Source of the DNA: an uncultured bacterium
GTDB lineage: Bacteria; Ratteibacteria; UBA8468; B48-G9; DSTR01
Reading direction: 5' to 3'
Length of the DNA: 64,000 bases
Assembly: GCA_964645405.1 (NCBI GenBank)
Contig: CAZYCA010000044.1
Coordinates: forward strand, 256,044 to 320,043
A model generated the notes under the pieces. That model saw nothing but the letters and a program-made list of their open reading frames with translations. It did no database searches and was not told the origin of the DNA. Positions 45,022 to 54,919 of this stretch are shown here, one piece after another (the first letter of the stretch is position 1; each line of letters begins with the position of its first letter). The translations under genes and the position numbers were made by a program.

Positions 45022-45876
45022 TTAAAACTCCCAGGCGTGATAGGAACTCCGGTAAAAAGGACCGGAGAAGACTTTGCTAAATCCTATCTTTCTGGCTAAT
45101 TCTTCATATGCAGCAAATCTCTGCGGGGATATATATTCTCTTACAGGAAGGCAGCCGGGGTCCGGTTGAAGGTACTGACCGAGGACAAGAAAATCGCAAC
45201 CGGCTTGCTTTAATTCTTTCAGGACAGATTGGACCTGGCAGCTTGTTTCTCCTAACCCCAGCATTAGAGCTGACTTGACAGGAAAACCAGTCTTTTTAAT
45301 TTTTCTGATAACATTAAGGGAGATCTGATAACTGGCTCTTGGTCTCACTTCTGGATAAAGTTCCGGGACAGTCTCAATATTGTGACCGATTATGTCAGCA
45401 TCTGCCTGAAAGACAACTTCCAGACTCTTGTAGTTTCCCTGGAAATCAGGAATGAGAAGTTCCACCCGGGTGGACGGTGAGATTTTTTTGATAGCATCAG
45501 TTACTTCCTTAAAATGGAATGCGCCACCATCAGGCAGGTCGTCTCGGGTCACGGAGGTTATCACCACGTAAGGAAGCTGTAAAGAAGAGACAAAGGAAGC
45601 AATCTTTTCACTTTCTTCAGGGTCTGGTGGTTCCGGTTTCCCTTTACTGACACCACAGAAGCGGCAATTTCTGGTGCAGACATTTCCCAGAATCAGGAAG
45701 GTAAGATGACGCTGGGAAAAACATTCGTAAATGTTCGGACAGCTGGCACTCTCGCAGACAGTGTGCAGATTATTTTCTTTGAGAAGATGACATATTTGAC
45801 TGTACTGCCGTGAGATATTGACTCTTTTAGTGATCCAGGACGGTCTTCTACCTGAGGGATAAGAATTACTGGCCAT
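45022..45876 (-). CDS. lipA: lipoyl synthase
   Basis: The start is set to ATG 45876. Motifs are CESASCPNIYECF, the radical SAM cluster CTRNCRFC, and LMLGLGET. Confidence 0.9.
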   Translation of the reverse strand: MASNSYPSGRRPSWITKRVNISRQYSQICHLLKENNLHTVCESASCPNIYECFSQRHLTFLILGNVCTRNCRFCGVSKGKPEPPDPEESEKIASFVSSLQLPYVVITSVTRDDLPDGGAFHFKEVTDAIKKISPSTRVELLIPDFQGNYKSLEVVFQADADIIGHNIETVPELYPEVRPRASYQISLNVIRKIKKTGFPVKSALMLGLGETSCQVQSVLKELKQAGCDFLVLGQYLQPDPGCLPVREYISPQRFAAYEELARKIGFSKVFSGPFYRSSYHAWEF

Positions 45877-47203
45877 GCCGGCGTGGCGGTAAGTGGATTG
45901 ATTGACCGACGGTATCAGATACTGCTTCCATAACAGCCTCGGCAAATGTTGGATGGCAGAAGAGTATCTTTTCTACATCGTTTATTTTGAGCCCGAGTTT
46001 GACAATAACTGTAGCCAGAGCCACCAGTTCGGTGGCAGCTTCTCCAATAATATGGATGCCTGAAATCTTCAGAGTACCAGCCTCAGCAACTACCTTCACC
46101 AGCCCGGTTGTTTTTCTCTCAGCCTGGGCCCGACCAAGGGAAGAAAAAGGGAAACGGCCAATTTTCACCGCGATGTTAGACGTACGCGCCTGGTTCTCGG
46201 TCAAGCCGCAGGAACCAATTTCTGGCTGGGTGAAGATGGAAACAGGTAGGCAATGATAATCCATTGTTTCCTGCTTACCGGTAATGCTGGATGCTGCTAC
46301 CAGGCCTTCTCTGGTGGCAACGTAGGCATACTGGTAGATACCGTTTACATCTCCTGCGGCGTAAACCTTATCCAGATTGGTACGCAGCTGATTATCAACC
46401 TTTATGCCGTTGTTTTCCACAGCTAATCCCCTGTCTGCCAGGTCAGAAAGATTAGCAGTTCTGCCGATAGCAAGTAAGATAACTTCTTCCGGAATTTCTT
46501 CTGTACTTTCTATCTTCTTACCGGTTTTAACCTGGATACCTTTCTCCTGCAAGGACTTTTCCAGAAGGGAAACGATTTCCTCATCCTGTCCCGGGAGAAG
46601 GTGTGGACACATTTCGTAGATGGTAACTCTTACACCAAAGGAGGAAAAAATACAGGCTAACTCGCAACCAATAACCCCACCGCCAATAATAGCTAATCTT
46701 TCCGGCAGTTTTTTCAAACTCCAGATATCGTCGCTGGTCAAAATTCTTTCTTCTCCCTGGAATAGTGCAGGGACAAGCGGCTTAGAACCTGTTGCCAGAA
46801 TGATGTTTTTAGTTTTTATCAGCTGTCCGTTTACTTCCACCCTTCCTGGTTCCAGAAAGATACCCGTGCCTGGTTTTACCTGGACACCGTTGGCTTTTAA
46901 AAGGAAGGAGATACCAGCCCGCAGGCGAAGAATTACTTCCTTCTCCAGGGAGTCAAGAATCTTCTCCCAGGAAAACGAGGAAGTAGAATTGATTCCCATG
47001 GCAGAAAACGGTTGCACCTTTCTGGCAATTTGAACCAGAGCCTTGGTGGGGATGCACCCTTGATTAAGGCAGACTCCCCCTAAAGCTTTCTCTTCTATCA
47101 GACAGACCTTCATACCATGCCGGGCACAGGATATCGAGGCAGGATACCCACCTGGTCCACCACCTATAACCACTACATCAAATTCTTCCACAGTTTTCAC
47201 CAT
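45866..47203 (-). CDS. lpdA: dihydrolipoyl dehydrogenase
   Basis: 445 aa. Motifs are VVVIGGGPGGY, the redox disulfide CLNQGCIPTK, a second Rossmann motif IIGGGVIGCE, and the C-terminal HPTFAE. Confidence 0.9.
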   Translation of the reverse strand: MVKTVEEFDVVVIGGGPGGYPASISCARHGMKVCLIEEKALGGVCLNQGCIPTKALVQIARKVQPFSAMGINSTSSFSWEKILDSLEKEVILRLRAGISFLLKANGVQVKPGTGIFLEPGRVEVNGQLIKTKNIILATGSKPLVPALFQGEERILTSDDIWSLKKLPERLAIIGGGVIGCELACIFSSFGVRVTIYEMCPHLLPGQDEEIVSLLEKSLQEKGIQVKTGKKIESTEEIPEEVILLAIGRTANLSDLADRGLAVENNGIKVDNQLRTNLDKVYAAGDVNGIYQYAYVATREGLVAASSITGKQETMDYHCLPVSIFTQPEIGSCGLTENQARTSNIAVKIGRFPFSSLGRAQAERKTTGLVKVVAEAGTLKISGIHIIGEAATELVALATVIVKLGLKINDVEKILFCHPTFAEAVMEAVSDTVGQSIHLPPRRHGQ

Positions 47204-47747
47204 CCTTTTTCAAGACTATCTCCGCGGCTTCAGATAAGTTACTGGCGATGAAATCTGGTCTGGTAGTCCAGTTTTCTATCTCCGCAGGAGACTGAGTCTT
47301 ACCGGAAAGGACCAAAATAGTTCTTGTCCCGGCATTCTTACCAGCCAGAATGTCCACTTCCGCGTCACCTACAAAAAAACAACGGCTTAAATCTGAAAGA
47401 CCAAATTTTCTTGCTGCCTGCAGTATCATACCTGGTTTTGGTTTACGGCAATCACAGTTGTCCTGGTCGGTGTGAAGACAATAATGAACAGCAGCAATCC
47501 TGATGTTTTTGCTGGCCAGTACAGCCAGCATGCGCCTGGTGATTTCCTGCAGTGCCGCTTCCGAATAAATTCCCTTACCTACACCAGCCTGATTGGAAAT
47601 AACGACAATATTATAACCTGCTTCCGAAAGTCTTTTCAAACCAGAAAAAGCCTCCGGTAAAAATTGGAACTCCTGCCAGTTTTTGGCGTAATCGTTTAAT
47701 CTGAAGCGGCAGATGACACCATCCCGGTCCAGAAAAATTACTTTCAT
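47178..47747 (-). CDS. gmhB: HAD-IIIA phosphatase, D,D-heptose 1,7-bisphosphate phosphatase-like
   Basis: 189 aa. Motifs are FLDRDGVI, VISNQAG, the zinc motif CLHTDQDNCDCRKP, and GDAEVD. Confidence 0.75.
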   Translation of the reverse strand: MKVIFLDRDGVICRFRLNDYAKNWQEFQFLPEAFSGLKRLSEAGYNIVVISNQAGVGKGIYSEAALQEITRRMLAVLASKNIRIAAVHYCLHTDQDNCDCRKPKPGMILQAARKFGLSDLSRCFFVGDAEVDILAGKNAGTRTILVLSGKTQSPAEIENWTTRPDFIASNLSEAAEIVLKKDGENCGRI

Positions 47748-48787
47748 CTGGTAGAGGAGAGGCAGGAGTAAGAGAAAGGGATTGTCTCTGGAAAGCCAAA
47801 CATAATATTCATGTTCTGGACAGCCTGTCCTGATGCCCCTTTAATCAAATTATCAATGGCACTCATAACAACCAGGCTTTTTTTACCCACCAGTTTTATT
47901 CCAATGTCACAGAAATTAGAATCAAAGACATTTTTCGTAAGGGGGGATTGCCCGTAAGGCATAACCCGGACAAAAGGTTCACCAGCATAGAAATTTTCAT
48001 AAAGATTCTGTAAATATTCAGCACTTGCGGTTTTCTTTAAGGTCACATAGATTGTGGAAAAAATTCCCTGATTGATGGGTACAAGATGCGGAACAAAAGT
48101 CACCTGATAGTGCTTGCCTGCAGCCAGGGTGAGAATTTCTTCCATTTCCGGGGCGTGTCTGTGTTCCCCAATCTTGTATGCCTTCACATTTTCATGGCAT
48201 TCAGCGAATAGTAAAGCCGGAGAAGGAGTTCTTCCGGCACCTGTGACACCGCTTTTAGCATCCACTATTACGTCAGGCTGGATGATATTTTCCTTTGCCA
48301 GGGGAAGCAGTCCCAGAATTACAGAGGTGGGGTAGCAGCCGGGATTGGCTATCAGCCAGGCTTTTTTTATAAGTTCCCGCTGAAGTTCTGGAAGTCCATA
48401 CACTGCCGTCTTACAGAATTCAGGACACAGGTGCTTAATATAAAAACTCTCATAAGTAGAAGGCTGCCGGAAACGAAAGTCAGCAGAGAAATCAATAATT
48501 TTTTTCCCTTTTTTTCTCAGCCGGGGAACAAAACGCATGGAAACACCATGGGGCAAGGCAAGAAAAATAATATCAGCCTTCTTCTCCAGCTGGTCCCAGT
48601 CAGGCTGAAAATTACAGGCAAGATTAATCAGTTTTCTTGTTCTGGGAACGACTTCTGTAAGTTCGGGATTACCTTCGTCTGAAGCCACGTACCCTGCTAC
48701 TATTTCTACTTGTGGGTGTCGCAGAAGTATCTCTACCAGTTTTTGTCCAGCATATCCGGAAACACCAAAAATAGCTGCTCGAATCAT
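47744..48787 (-). CDS. argC: N-acetyl-gamma-glutamyl-phosphate reductase
   Basis: 347 aa. Motifs are IFGVSGYAGQKL and the catalytic-Cys motif ANPGCYPTS. Confidence 0.95.
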   Translation of the reverse strand: MIRAAIFGVSGYAGQKLVEILLRHPQVEIVAGYVASDEGNPELTEVVPRTRKLINLACNFQPDWDQLEKKADIIFLALPHGVSMRFVPRLRKKGKKIIDFSADFRFRQPSTYESFYIKHLCPEFCKTAVYGLPELQRELIKKAWLIANPGCYPTSVILGLLPLAKENIIQPDVIVDAKSGVTGAGRTPSPALLFAECHENVKAYKIGEHRHAPEMEEILTLAAGKHYQVTFVPHLVPINQGIFSTIYVTLKKTASAEYLQNLYENFYAGEPFVRVMPYGQSPLTKNVFDSNFCDIGIKLVGKKSLVVMSAIDNLIKGASGQAVQNMNIMFGFPETIPFSYSCLSSTR

Positions 48788-48814
48788 ATTTTTAATCTGG
48801 ACCGCGCTGAAGGT

Positions 48815-49213
48815 TTAACGTTTGGTCCACTGGAATTTTTTTCTGGCACCTTTCTGACCGTATTTTTTTCTTTCTTTCATCCGAGAATCCCTGGTCAGCA
48901 GACCAAATTCCCGTAGTCTGGAGGTGAGGTTGTTGTCGTACTTTACCAGTGCCCTGGCCAGCCCCAGTCTGATGGCGCCAATCTGTCCGCTTATGCCGCC
49001 ACCTTCCGTCTTTATCTCTACATCAAATTTCTTTGTCAGTTCTGTAACTTCCAGCGGCTGGAGAATGGCTTGCTGGTGATATCTTAACGGGTAAAGACGG
49101 TTGATATTACTTCTGTTAACTGAAATCTTTCCACTGCCTGGTTTAATCTTGACCACAGCCACCGCTGTTTTTCTTCTGCCGACACCTAAAAAAAGTGAGT
49201 TCTGCATTTCCAT
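48815..49213 (-). CDS. rpsI: 30S ribosomal protein S9
   Basis: The start is ATG 49213, with an AAGGAG SD 7 nt upstream. Motifs are GVGRRKTAVA, GGGISGQIGAIRLGLARAL and an RD.R..ERKK-type C-terminus. Confidence 0.95.
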   Translation of the reverse strand: MEMQNSLFLGVGRRKTAVAVVKIKPGSGKISVNRSNINRLYPLRYHQQAILQPLEVTELTKKFDVEIKTEGGGISGQIGAIRLGLARALVKYDNNLTSRLREFGLLTRDSRMKERKKYGQKGARKKFQWTKR

Positions 49214-49231
49214 CAAAAAGCTCCTTGTTTC

Positions 49232-50761
49232 TCAGAAAAATATTGCCATTCTTTCAAAAAGTGGTTTAACCCCGGGGTACAAACCCCGATACATCTGGTA
49301 AACTCTGCTATACAGCTTAACATTTTTTTTCTCCGGAGTAAAGCGGTCCTTTTCTTTAAGAAGAGAGCGACAGGCTGTCAGTATATCTGAAAAGATTCCG
49401 CTGCCCACACCTGCGAGAATCGCTGCACCCAGGCAGGGTCCTTGCTGACTGACCAGGCGGACTATCTGACTGTTAAAAATATCAGCCTGCATCTGACACC
49501 AGAATGCACTTCTGGCTCCACCGCCGGAAGCACGTAAAACCCTGCCTAAAGGCAGTTTCAACTCCTTCATAATTTCCAGACTATCCTTCAAACCAAAAGT
49601 GATACCCTCCATCACTGCTCTTGTCAGATGAGCATGCGTATGTTTCAGGGACAGTCCGAAAAAAACACCCCTGGCAAGAGGGTCCGCATGAGGGCATCTT
49701 TCCCCTGTAAGATAAGGAAGAAACAGAAGCCCTTCACAGCCAGTCGGGACAGAACTGGCTTGCCTGGTGAGAATATTGTAAACGTCCTGGTTTCTCTGCC
49801 GGGCTAAAGTTTTTTCTCTCTGGCAGCAGGTATCCCGGAACCAGCGCAACGCACCTCCAGCAGAGAGCATCACACCCATAAGATGCCAGGCACCAGGTAC
49901 AGCGTGGCAGAAGGTGTGGAGCCTGCCGGCAGGGTCTTTGATAAGTTTCGTGGAATGGGCAAAAACTACCCCGCTGGTGCCAATGGTAACAGAGGCTAAA
50001 CCCTCCTGCACAATGCCGTTACCAACACCACCGGCTGCCTGGTCACCGGCACCAGCGACAACTGGTGTGCCAGCTTTTAGACCGGTAAGCCTGGCGGCTT
50101 GCACGCTAACATAACCTGAAATTTCAGGTGATTCGTAAACAGCCGGCAGAAAATCAAAAGGTATTTCCAGTTTTTTCAGTATTTCCTCTGACCAGCAACG
50201 GTTGGCCACATCAAAAAGGGATGTTCCGGAGGCATCAGAAACATCTGTAGCCATGTTATCGGTAAGCAGATACCGCAGGTAGTCCTTGGGCAGGAGAATG
50301 TGTCTCAACCGCCGGTATCTCTCCGGGAAGTTCTCTCTCAACCACAAAATTTTAGGAGCCTGAAAACCTGTCAGAACAGGATTGCAGGTAATTTCCAGGA
50401 TTCTTTCTTTACCAACTAAACGGTTGATTTGTTCACACTGCGGGCCGGTGCGCTGGTCACACCACAAAATTGCAGGTGAGATAACCCGTTTTTCTTTATC
50501 CAGAAAAACAGCCCCGTGCATCTGCCCGGTAAGACCGATGGCAGCAATTCTGCCCGCAGGAATCTTTTCCTTTCGGAAGACATACTGCAGAGCTTTAACT
50601 GTTGCCTCCCACCAGTCCCCGGGGTTTTGCTGCGCCCAGTTAGGTCGGGGTGTAGACAGGGGATATTCTTCAGTGTGCTGGGCTTTAATCTGTCCCTTCT
50701 GGTTAATAACTAAAACTTTTACTCCGCTTGTCCCCAGGTCAATTCCCATTAACAGGTTCAT
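49232..50761 (-). CDS. xylB: xylulokinase (FGGY family)
   Basis: 509 aa. Motifs are GIDLGTSGVKV, GLTGQMHG, GAGDQAAGGVGNG and SGGGARS. Confidence 0.9.
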   Translation of the reverse strand: MNLLMGIDLGTSGVKVLVINQKGQIKAQHTEEYPLSTPRPNWAQQNPGDWWEATVKALQYVFRKEKIPAGRIAAIGLTGQMHGAVFLDKEKRVISPAILWCDQRTGPQCEQINRLVGKERILEITCNPVLTGFQAPKILWLRENFPERYRRLRHILLPKDYLRYLLTDNMATDVSDASGTSLFDVANRCWSEEILKKLEIPFDFLPAVYESPEISGYVSVQAARLTGLKAGTPVVAGAGDQAAGGVGNGIVQEGLASVTIGTSGVVFAHSTKLIKDPAGRLHTFCHAVPGAWHLMGVMLSAGGALRWFRDTCCQREKTLARQRNQDVYNILTRQASSVPTGCEGLLFLPYLTGERCPHADPLARGVFFGLSLKHTHAHLTRAVMEGITFGLKDSLEIMKELKLPLGRVLRASGGGARSAFWCQMQADIFNSQIVRLVSQQGPCLGAAILAGVGSGIFSDILTACRSLLKEKDRFTPEKKNVKLYSRVYQMYRGLYPGVKPLFERMAIFF

Positions 50762-51873
50762 TGCAAGCAGAATTCCGGTGGAAACAGGTAATTAAGATAA
50801 CGCTGGCTGGTACTGGCCTGTTCTGTTGTCCCGCTATGAATGAAAATGCGGTAGTTCAGTTTCATCTCTTGAAAAGCAGGAAGAATGTAAGTACCGGAGA
50901 AACGTTTGTCCCCGGTAAAGTCAGAAAGGCCAAGACAGTTGGCTGTCATCAGTCCGTAATTCCTGATATGCCACCAGGTCGGATATCTGAAGTTTGCAGG
51001 ATGGTCAAAAACGGCTATGCCTACTGTTTGTCCATTAACCTGGCCATAGTAATCGCACCACATGGCACGTTTGCCCCAGCATTCTTTCTCGTTCACCGCA
51101 CCATGAGAGTTAACAAAACGTCCGGTTCTGGTAACTTCTATGGAAGGGTTGACCCGTACACTGAGGAAGCCTGATTCCTTGGTATCCTTGAAAACAACTT
51201 CTCCTTCACTGGCACGGAAGATAACTTCGTGGTCAATGATTCGGTTTTCTTCAGGGAGAGCATAGACAGTAATAATCCTTTCCTCTTCCATGATTTTAAC
51301 CTGATTGCAATCAGTCCAGTAACTGAGTGCATGCAGCCGGCCAAATACCGGTCCGGAAGTTATGTTCAGAAATTTCTGATGGCGGGTCCAGCCATGGCCG
51401 GTTTCTTCACTCCAGTTATCTGTACCATTCACATTACCATGAGCCACCCAGATTCCCCGGTGGTGGATATGGTCAAGTTTTTCCGGGTTACCAGGGGGGA
51501 CTGGCTTGCGTACTAATGAGATACCCGCCGGTCCGCTTACAGGATTAAGATAGGGTCTGACTACTTCTTTCCCGTAGTGATAGGTGGTGAAAAGCTTTCC
51601 CTGGATGAGAAAATCAACCTTGCCCTGGTTATCATCCACCACAGTCACCAGATTTTTGTCAGAGGTGTTTTTACTTATGGTGAGGGTAGAGCTGGTATCC
51701 GGGGCAAGTGGTGGCGGGATAAATACCAGATAGCCGCGGTTTTTTCTTTCGTCCAGCTGCGTGGAGATGGTTTCATCCCCTGCGATAAGAGTCACTTCTT
51801 GTTTTTCCCATGGTACTGCAACTGGTGAAAAGGAAAACGGCCTGTAAGGACTTTTTAAAATTAACCGGTTCAC
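50758..51873 (-). CDS. DUF6807 (so-called PmoA family) protein
   Basis: The start is set to GTG 51873, which forms a GTGA overlap with the upstream stop and has an AAGGAG SD 6 nt upstream. The pattern HHRGIWVAHGNVNGTDNWSE and the aromatic-rich C-terminal half match the DUF6807 family as I recall it. The typical Gfo/Idh/MocA and TIM-barrel neighbours are present. Confidence 0.7.
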   Translation of the reverse strand: MNRLILKSPYRPFSFSPVAVPWEKQEVTLIAGDETISTQLDERKNRGYLVFIPPPLAPDTSSTLTISKNTSDKNLVTVVDDNQGKVDFLIQGKLFTTYHYGKEVVRPYLNPVSGPAGISLVRKPVPPGNPEKLDHIHHRGIWVAHGNVNGTDNWSEETGHGWTRHQKFLNITSGPVFGRLHALSYWTDCNQVKIMEEERIITVYALPEENRIIDHEVIFRASEGEVVFKDTKESGFLSVRVNPSIEVTRTGRFVNSHGAVNEKECWGKRAMWCDYYGQVNGQTVGIAVFDHPANFRYPTWWHIRNYGLMTANCLGLSDFTGDKRFSGTYILPAFQEMKLNYRIFIHSGTTEQASTSQRYLNYLFPPEFCLQ

Positions 51874-52919
51874 AGTTTGCTCCTTTTTAAGCCACCCAGC
51901 AGGTGGCACTGTTGTGTCAACCAGACAACACGGCGGGCACTCTCCGGAGTGATAACTAAAGGTTTTCCTTCCCGCAAGGTGCCAAACAAATCTCGGTAAA
52001 AATTAAGCCCGTAATTCTTCTCTTTCTCGTTCATACTCCAGCTTTCTTCTTTTTTCCACGGGATACTGTCAGCATTGTAGGAGCGGTCCGGAGTCGGTTG
52101 TGTGGAAAGTTTCCTCTCCGGGGCTTCCTCCGGTGAGAAGTATTTCCAGCTCAACTGTGTGAAGGTTCCGTGCAAACCACCCCGGGTACCCATCACCAGC
52201 CAGTTTTCCTGGGGATAGGCGCAGGCACTGGAAATTTCCACATCTACTACTGGTGCTTTTTTACCCCGGAGAACAATCTTTACATGGTCATCAGCATCTC
52301 CTAAAGATAAAGCCCTGTCCATCACACAGAAAATAGAAGGTTTTTCCGGACCAAAAAGTTGCAAAGCCTGGTCCAGAGCGTGTGGACCAGTGTTGTTCAG
52401 GGTCCCTCCCCCGAATTTTCTTAAAGTCTGCCAGTCCCAGCGCCGGCTGAAACTGTGCCAGGCCATCCGGATAAGGAGAATCCGGCCAAGTTTCCCTGAG
52501 GCAATAACCTCTTTTACCTTAAGGAAATCCGGAGCATACCGACGGTTATGAAAAACCGCAAGTTTTTTTCTAACTTTTCTGGCAGCGGCAATCATCGCAT
52601 CTGCCTGCTTTACGCTAAGTGCCATTGGTTTTTCACAGACAGCATGCCGGCCGGATTTTAACACCTGGATGGTGTTGGCAGGATGCAGGTGGGATGGTGT
52701 GGCCACCACCACCAGTTCTACTTCTTCATCTGCAAGCATTTCCTCTAAGGTCAGGTAACTGCGGCAGCCGAATTTATCTTCTGCCTCCTGGCAACGTTTC
52801 TTCTCCGGGTCACAAACTGCTTTAATCTGAAAAAGTTCCGGTATCTGCGAAAGAAGGCTGGCGTGGATGTTCCAGCCGCTTCTGCCCAGACCAGCAATGC
52901 CTGCTTTAATGGGTACCAT
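51870..52919 (-). CDS. Gfo/Idh/MocA family oxidoreductase
   Basis: 349 aa. It has an N-terminal Rossmann region (IKAGIAGLGRSGW), the stretch EKPMALS, and the C-terminal alpha/beta domain. Confidence 0.85.
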   Translation of the reverse strand: MVPIKAGIAGLGRSGWNIHASLLSQIPELFQIKAVCDPEKKRCQEAEDKFGCRSYLTLEEMLADEEVELVVVATPSHLHPANTIQVLKSGRHAVCEKPMALSVKQADAMIAAARKVRKKLAVFHNRRYAPDFLKVKEVIASGKLGRILLIRMAWHSFSRRWDWQTLRKFGGGTLNNTGPHALDQALQLFGPEKPSIFCVMDRALSLGDADDHVKIVLRGKKAPVVDVEISSACAYPQENWLVMGTRGGLHGTFTQLSWKYFSPEEAPERKLSTQPTPDRSYNADSIPWKKEESWSMNEKEKNYGLNFYRDLFGTLREGKPLVITPESARRVVWLTQQCHLLGGLKRSKL

Positions 52920-52928
52920 CAGTCTCCT

Positions 52929-53750
52929 TTATTTGAGATTATAAAGTATTTCCTTTAAATAATCCATACTTTTTCTGGCAATCTCCTCCGGCCCGGGAGA
53001 AAAATCAAAGACCTCAATAGAAACCCAGTGCCGGTAATTTATGTCCTGCAAAGCTTGAAGTATCGGCTGAAAATCTGTTTTTCCCCATCCCGGACCAAGT
53101 AAATTAGTATCATTAAAATGTACATGACGCAACCAGTCAGTACAACTGCGGATAATCTCCGGTACAGGCTTTTCCTCATCACTCATAGCCTTAACATCAA
53201 GGATTAACCTCAGACAGGGATGTTTTACTTTCTGGATAAAATCTATTGCCTGTTGCGCTGTATTGATAAAATTTGTTTCTTTTCGGCTGAGGGGTTCTAA
53301 ACAGATAACTATCCCTTCTTTGGCTGCCTGGTCCAGGGCTGGCTGGAGAGTTTCTGCTACATACAGGGAGACCTCCTGCCGGCTCTGCCCAGGGCTTAGA
53401 GAACGTTGTTTTGGGGAGCCCAGCACCATAATTTCACCACCTATCTGTGATGTAAAAATAACCAGCTGTCGGAGATACTCGGCAGTTTTAGAGCGCACAG
53501 AAAAATCAGGTGAGGAAAGGGAAAGTCCCTCGGGTTTTACTAAGAGCCAGTGGGTCCCGATAATCCTGATGTGAGCTTCTTCTGCCTGGTGACGAATCTC
53601 ACGCCGCCGGGCAAAAGAGATTTCCTCTACGGAGGAAGCAAGAGTGAAAGGAGCAATTTCCACTCCCTCATAACCCAGTCTGGCAGCAAAATGAAATATT
53701 TCCTGAATTGGCCAGTTTTCAAACATTTCGTTGCATAAACCTATTTTCAT
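52929..53750 (-). CDS. sugar phosphate isomerase/epimerase (xylose isomerase-like TIM barrel)
   Basis: 273 aa. It shows MKIGLCNEMF..., GYEGVEI, a metal-ligand pattern (E...D...H...E), and the C-terminal stretch YRHWVSIEVF. Confidence 0.85.
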   Translation of the reverse strand: MKIGLCNEMFENWPIQEIFHFAARLGYEGVEIAPFTLASSVEEISFARRREIRHQAEEAHIRIIGTHWLLVKPEGLSLSSPDFSVRSKTAEYLRQLVIFTSQIGGEIMVLGSPKQRSLSPGQSRQEVSLYVAETLQPALDQAAKEGIVICLEPLSRKETNFINTAQQAIDFIQKVKHPCLRLILDVKAMSDEEKPVPEIIRSCTDWLRHVHFNDTNLLGPGWGKTDFQPILQALQDINYRHWVSIEVFDFSPGPEEIARKSMDYLKEILYNLK

Positions 53751-53754
53751 TCTG

Positions 53755-54897
53755 TCACTTTCCTTTTTTTGATTGAAGTTGCTCTCTCATTCTTGGTGGC
53801 AGGTCCACGAGGCTCTGGTCGTCTTCAGTAATCAAAGTTGTTTCTAAGGTAGGTGGGGGACCTGGTTTCTTTGATTCAATATGAACTTTACCTAAACCGG
53901 TTGCCAGAAGGGTGACCTTAACTTCGTTATCCAGTTTATGGTCTAAAGTGACGCCTACTTCTCTGGCATCGGCTGAGATTCTTGTCTGAATGATATTCAT
54001 GGCTTCGTGGACTTCATATAGAGTTAGGTCGGGGCTTCCTGTAATACTGATAAGGATTTTCTTAGCCTCCATAATATCAGATTTTTCCAGCAACGGGTCT
54101 TCAATGGCAGAACGGGCGGCTTTTTCAATTCTGTTTTCACCCTTACCATAACCCAGTCCTACAATACCCCGACCGGCGTCTCTCACCATGGCACAGATAT
54201 CAGCAAAGTCAATGTCCAGGAGCGTGGGATTAGGTTTATTAATTAAGTCTGCTATGGAAGAAATGGTCCGGGAGATAATTTCATCCACTTTAGCAAATGC
54301 TGCTACCATGGCTGTTTTCTGGTCAACAATTTCTGCCAGTCTTTCATTGGAGATATGAATCAGAGTATCCACATTTTTTTCCAGAATTTCCAACCCGGAT
54401 TTTGCCTGGTCCATCTTTTTGGGACCTTCAAAAGCAAAAGGAGTAGTAACCAGAGCAATAACAATTGCCTGAAGGTCTTTCGCAATTCTGGCAATCACAG
54501 GGGAGCTTCCTGTGCCGGTACCACCACCCAGTCCTGCGGTGAGGAAGACAATGCCTGAACCTTTTAAAACTTCCTCAATTCTCGCCCGGTCTTCATTGGC
54601 GGCAAATTTACCTTTTTCCGGGTCGCGACCTGTTCCACCGCCGGCGGTAGTTTTTTCCCCGATTTGAATTTTGATGTGGGCACGGTTAAACCTTAAACCA
54701 CTACCATCAGTGTTAAAGGCAACAAAATCAACACCCTGAATCTGGTCAAAGATGCGGGAGATAATACTGCAACCTGCATTTCCTACGCCTACAATTCTTA
54801 CCTTCACTGCATTGGGAGCATTTTCCTCCAGGACTTTCATCATAGTTTTATTCCTCCCCTGTTCTGGAACAAGTTCGTCTTTAATTTCAGGTTCCAT
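53755..54897 (-). CDS. ftsZ: cell division protein FtsZ
   Basis: The start is set to ATG 54897, downstream of the ftsA stop. Motifs are VGVGNAG, the tubulin signature GGGTGTGSSPVIA, and the C-terminal peptide DLPPRMRE. Confidence 0.95.
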   Translation of the reverse strand: MEPEIKDELVPEQGRNKTMMKVLEENAPNAVKVRIVGVGNAGCSIISRIFDQIQGVDFVAFNTDGSGLRFNRAHIKIQIGEKTTAGGGTGRDPEKGKFAANEDRARIEEVLKGSGIVFLTAGLGGGTGTGSSPVIARIAKDLQAIVIALVTTPFAFEGPKKMDQAKSGLEILEKNVDTLIHISNERLAEIVDQKTAMVAAFAKVDEIISRTISSIADLINKPNPTLLDIDFADICAMVRDAGRGIVGLGYGKGENRIEKAARSAIEDPLLEKSDIMEAKKILISITGSPDLTLYEVHEAMNIIQTRISADAREVGVTLDHKLDNEVKVTLLATGLGKVHIESKKPGPPPTLETTLITEDDQSLVDLPPRMREQLQSKKGK

Positions 54898-54919
54898 TTC
54901 CCTGTACAAAGAGACTTTA

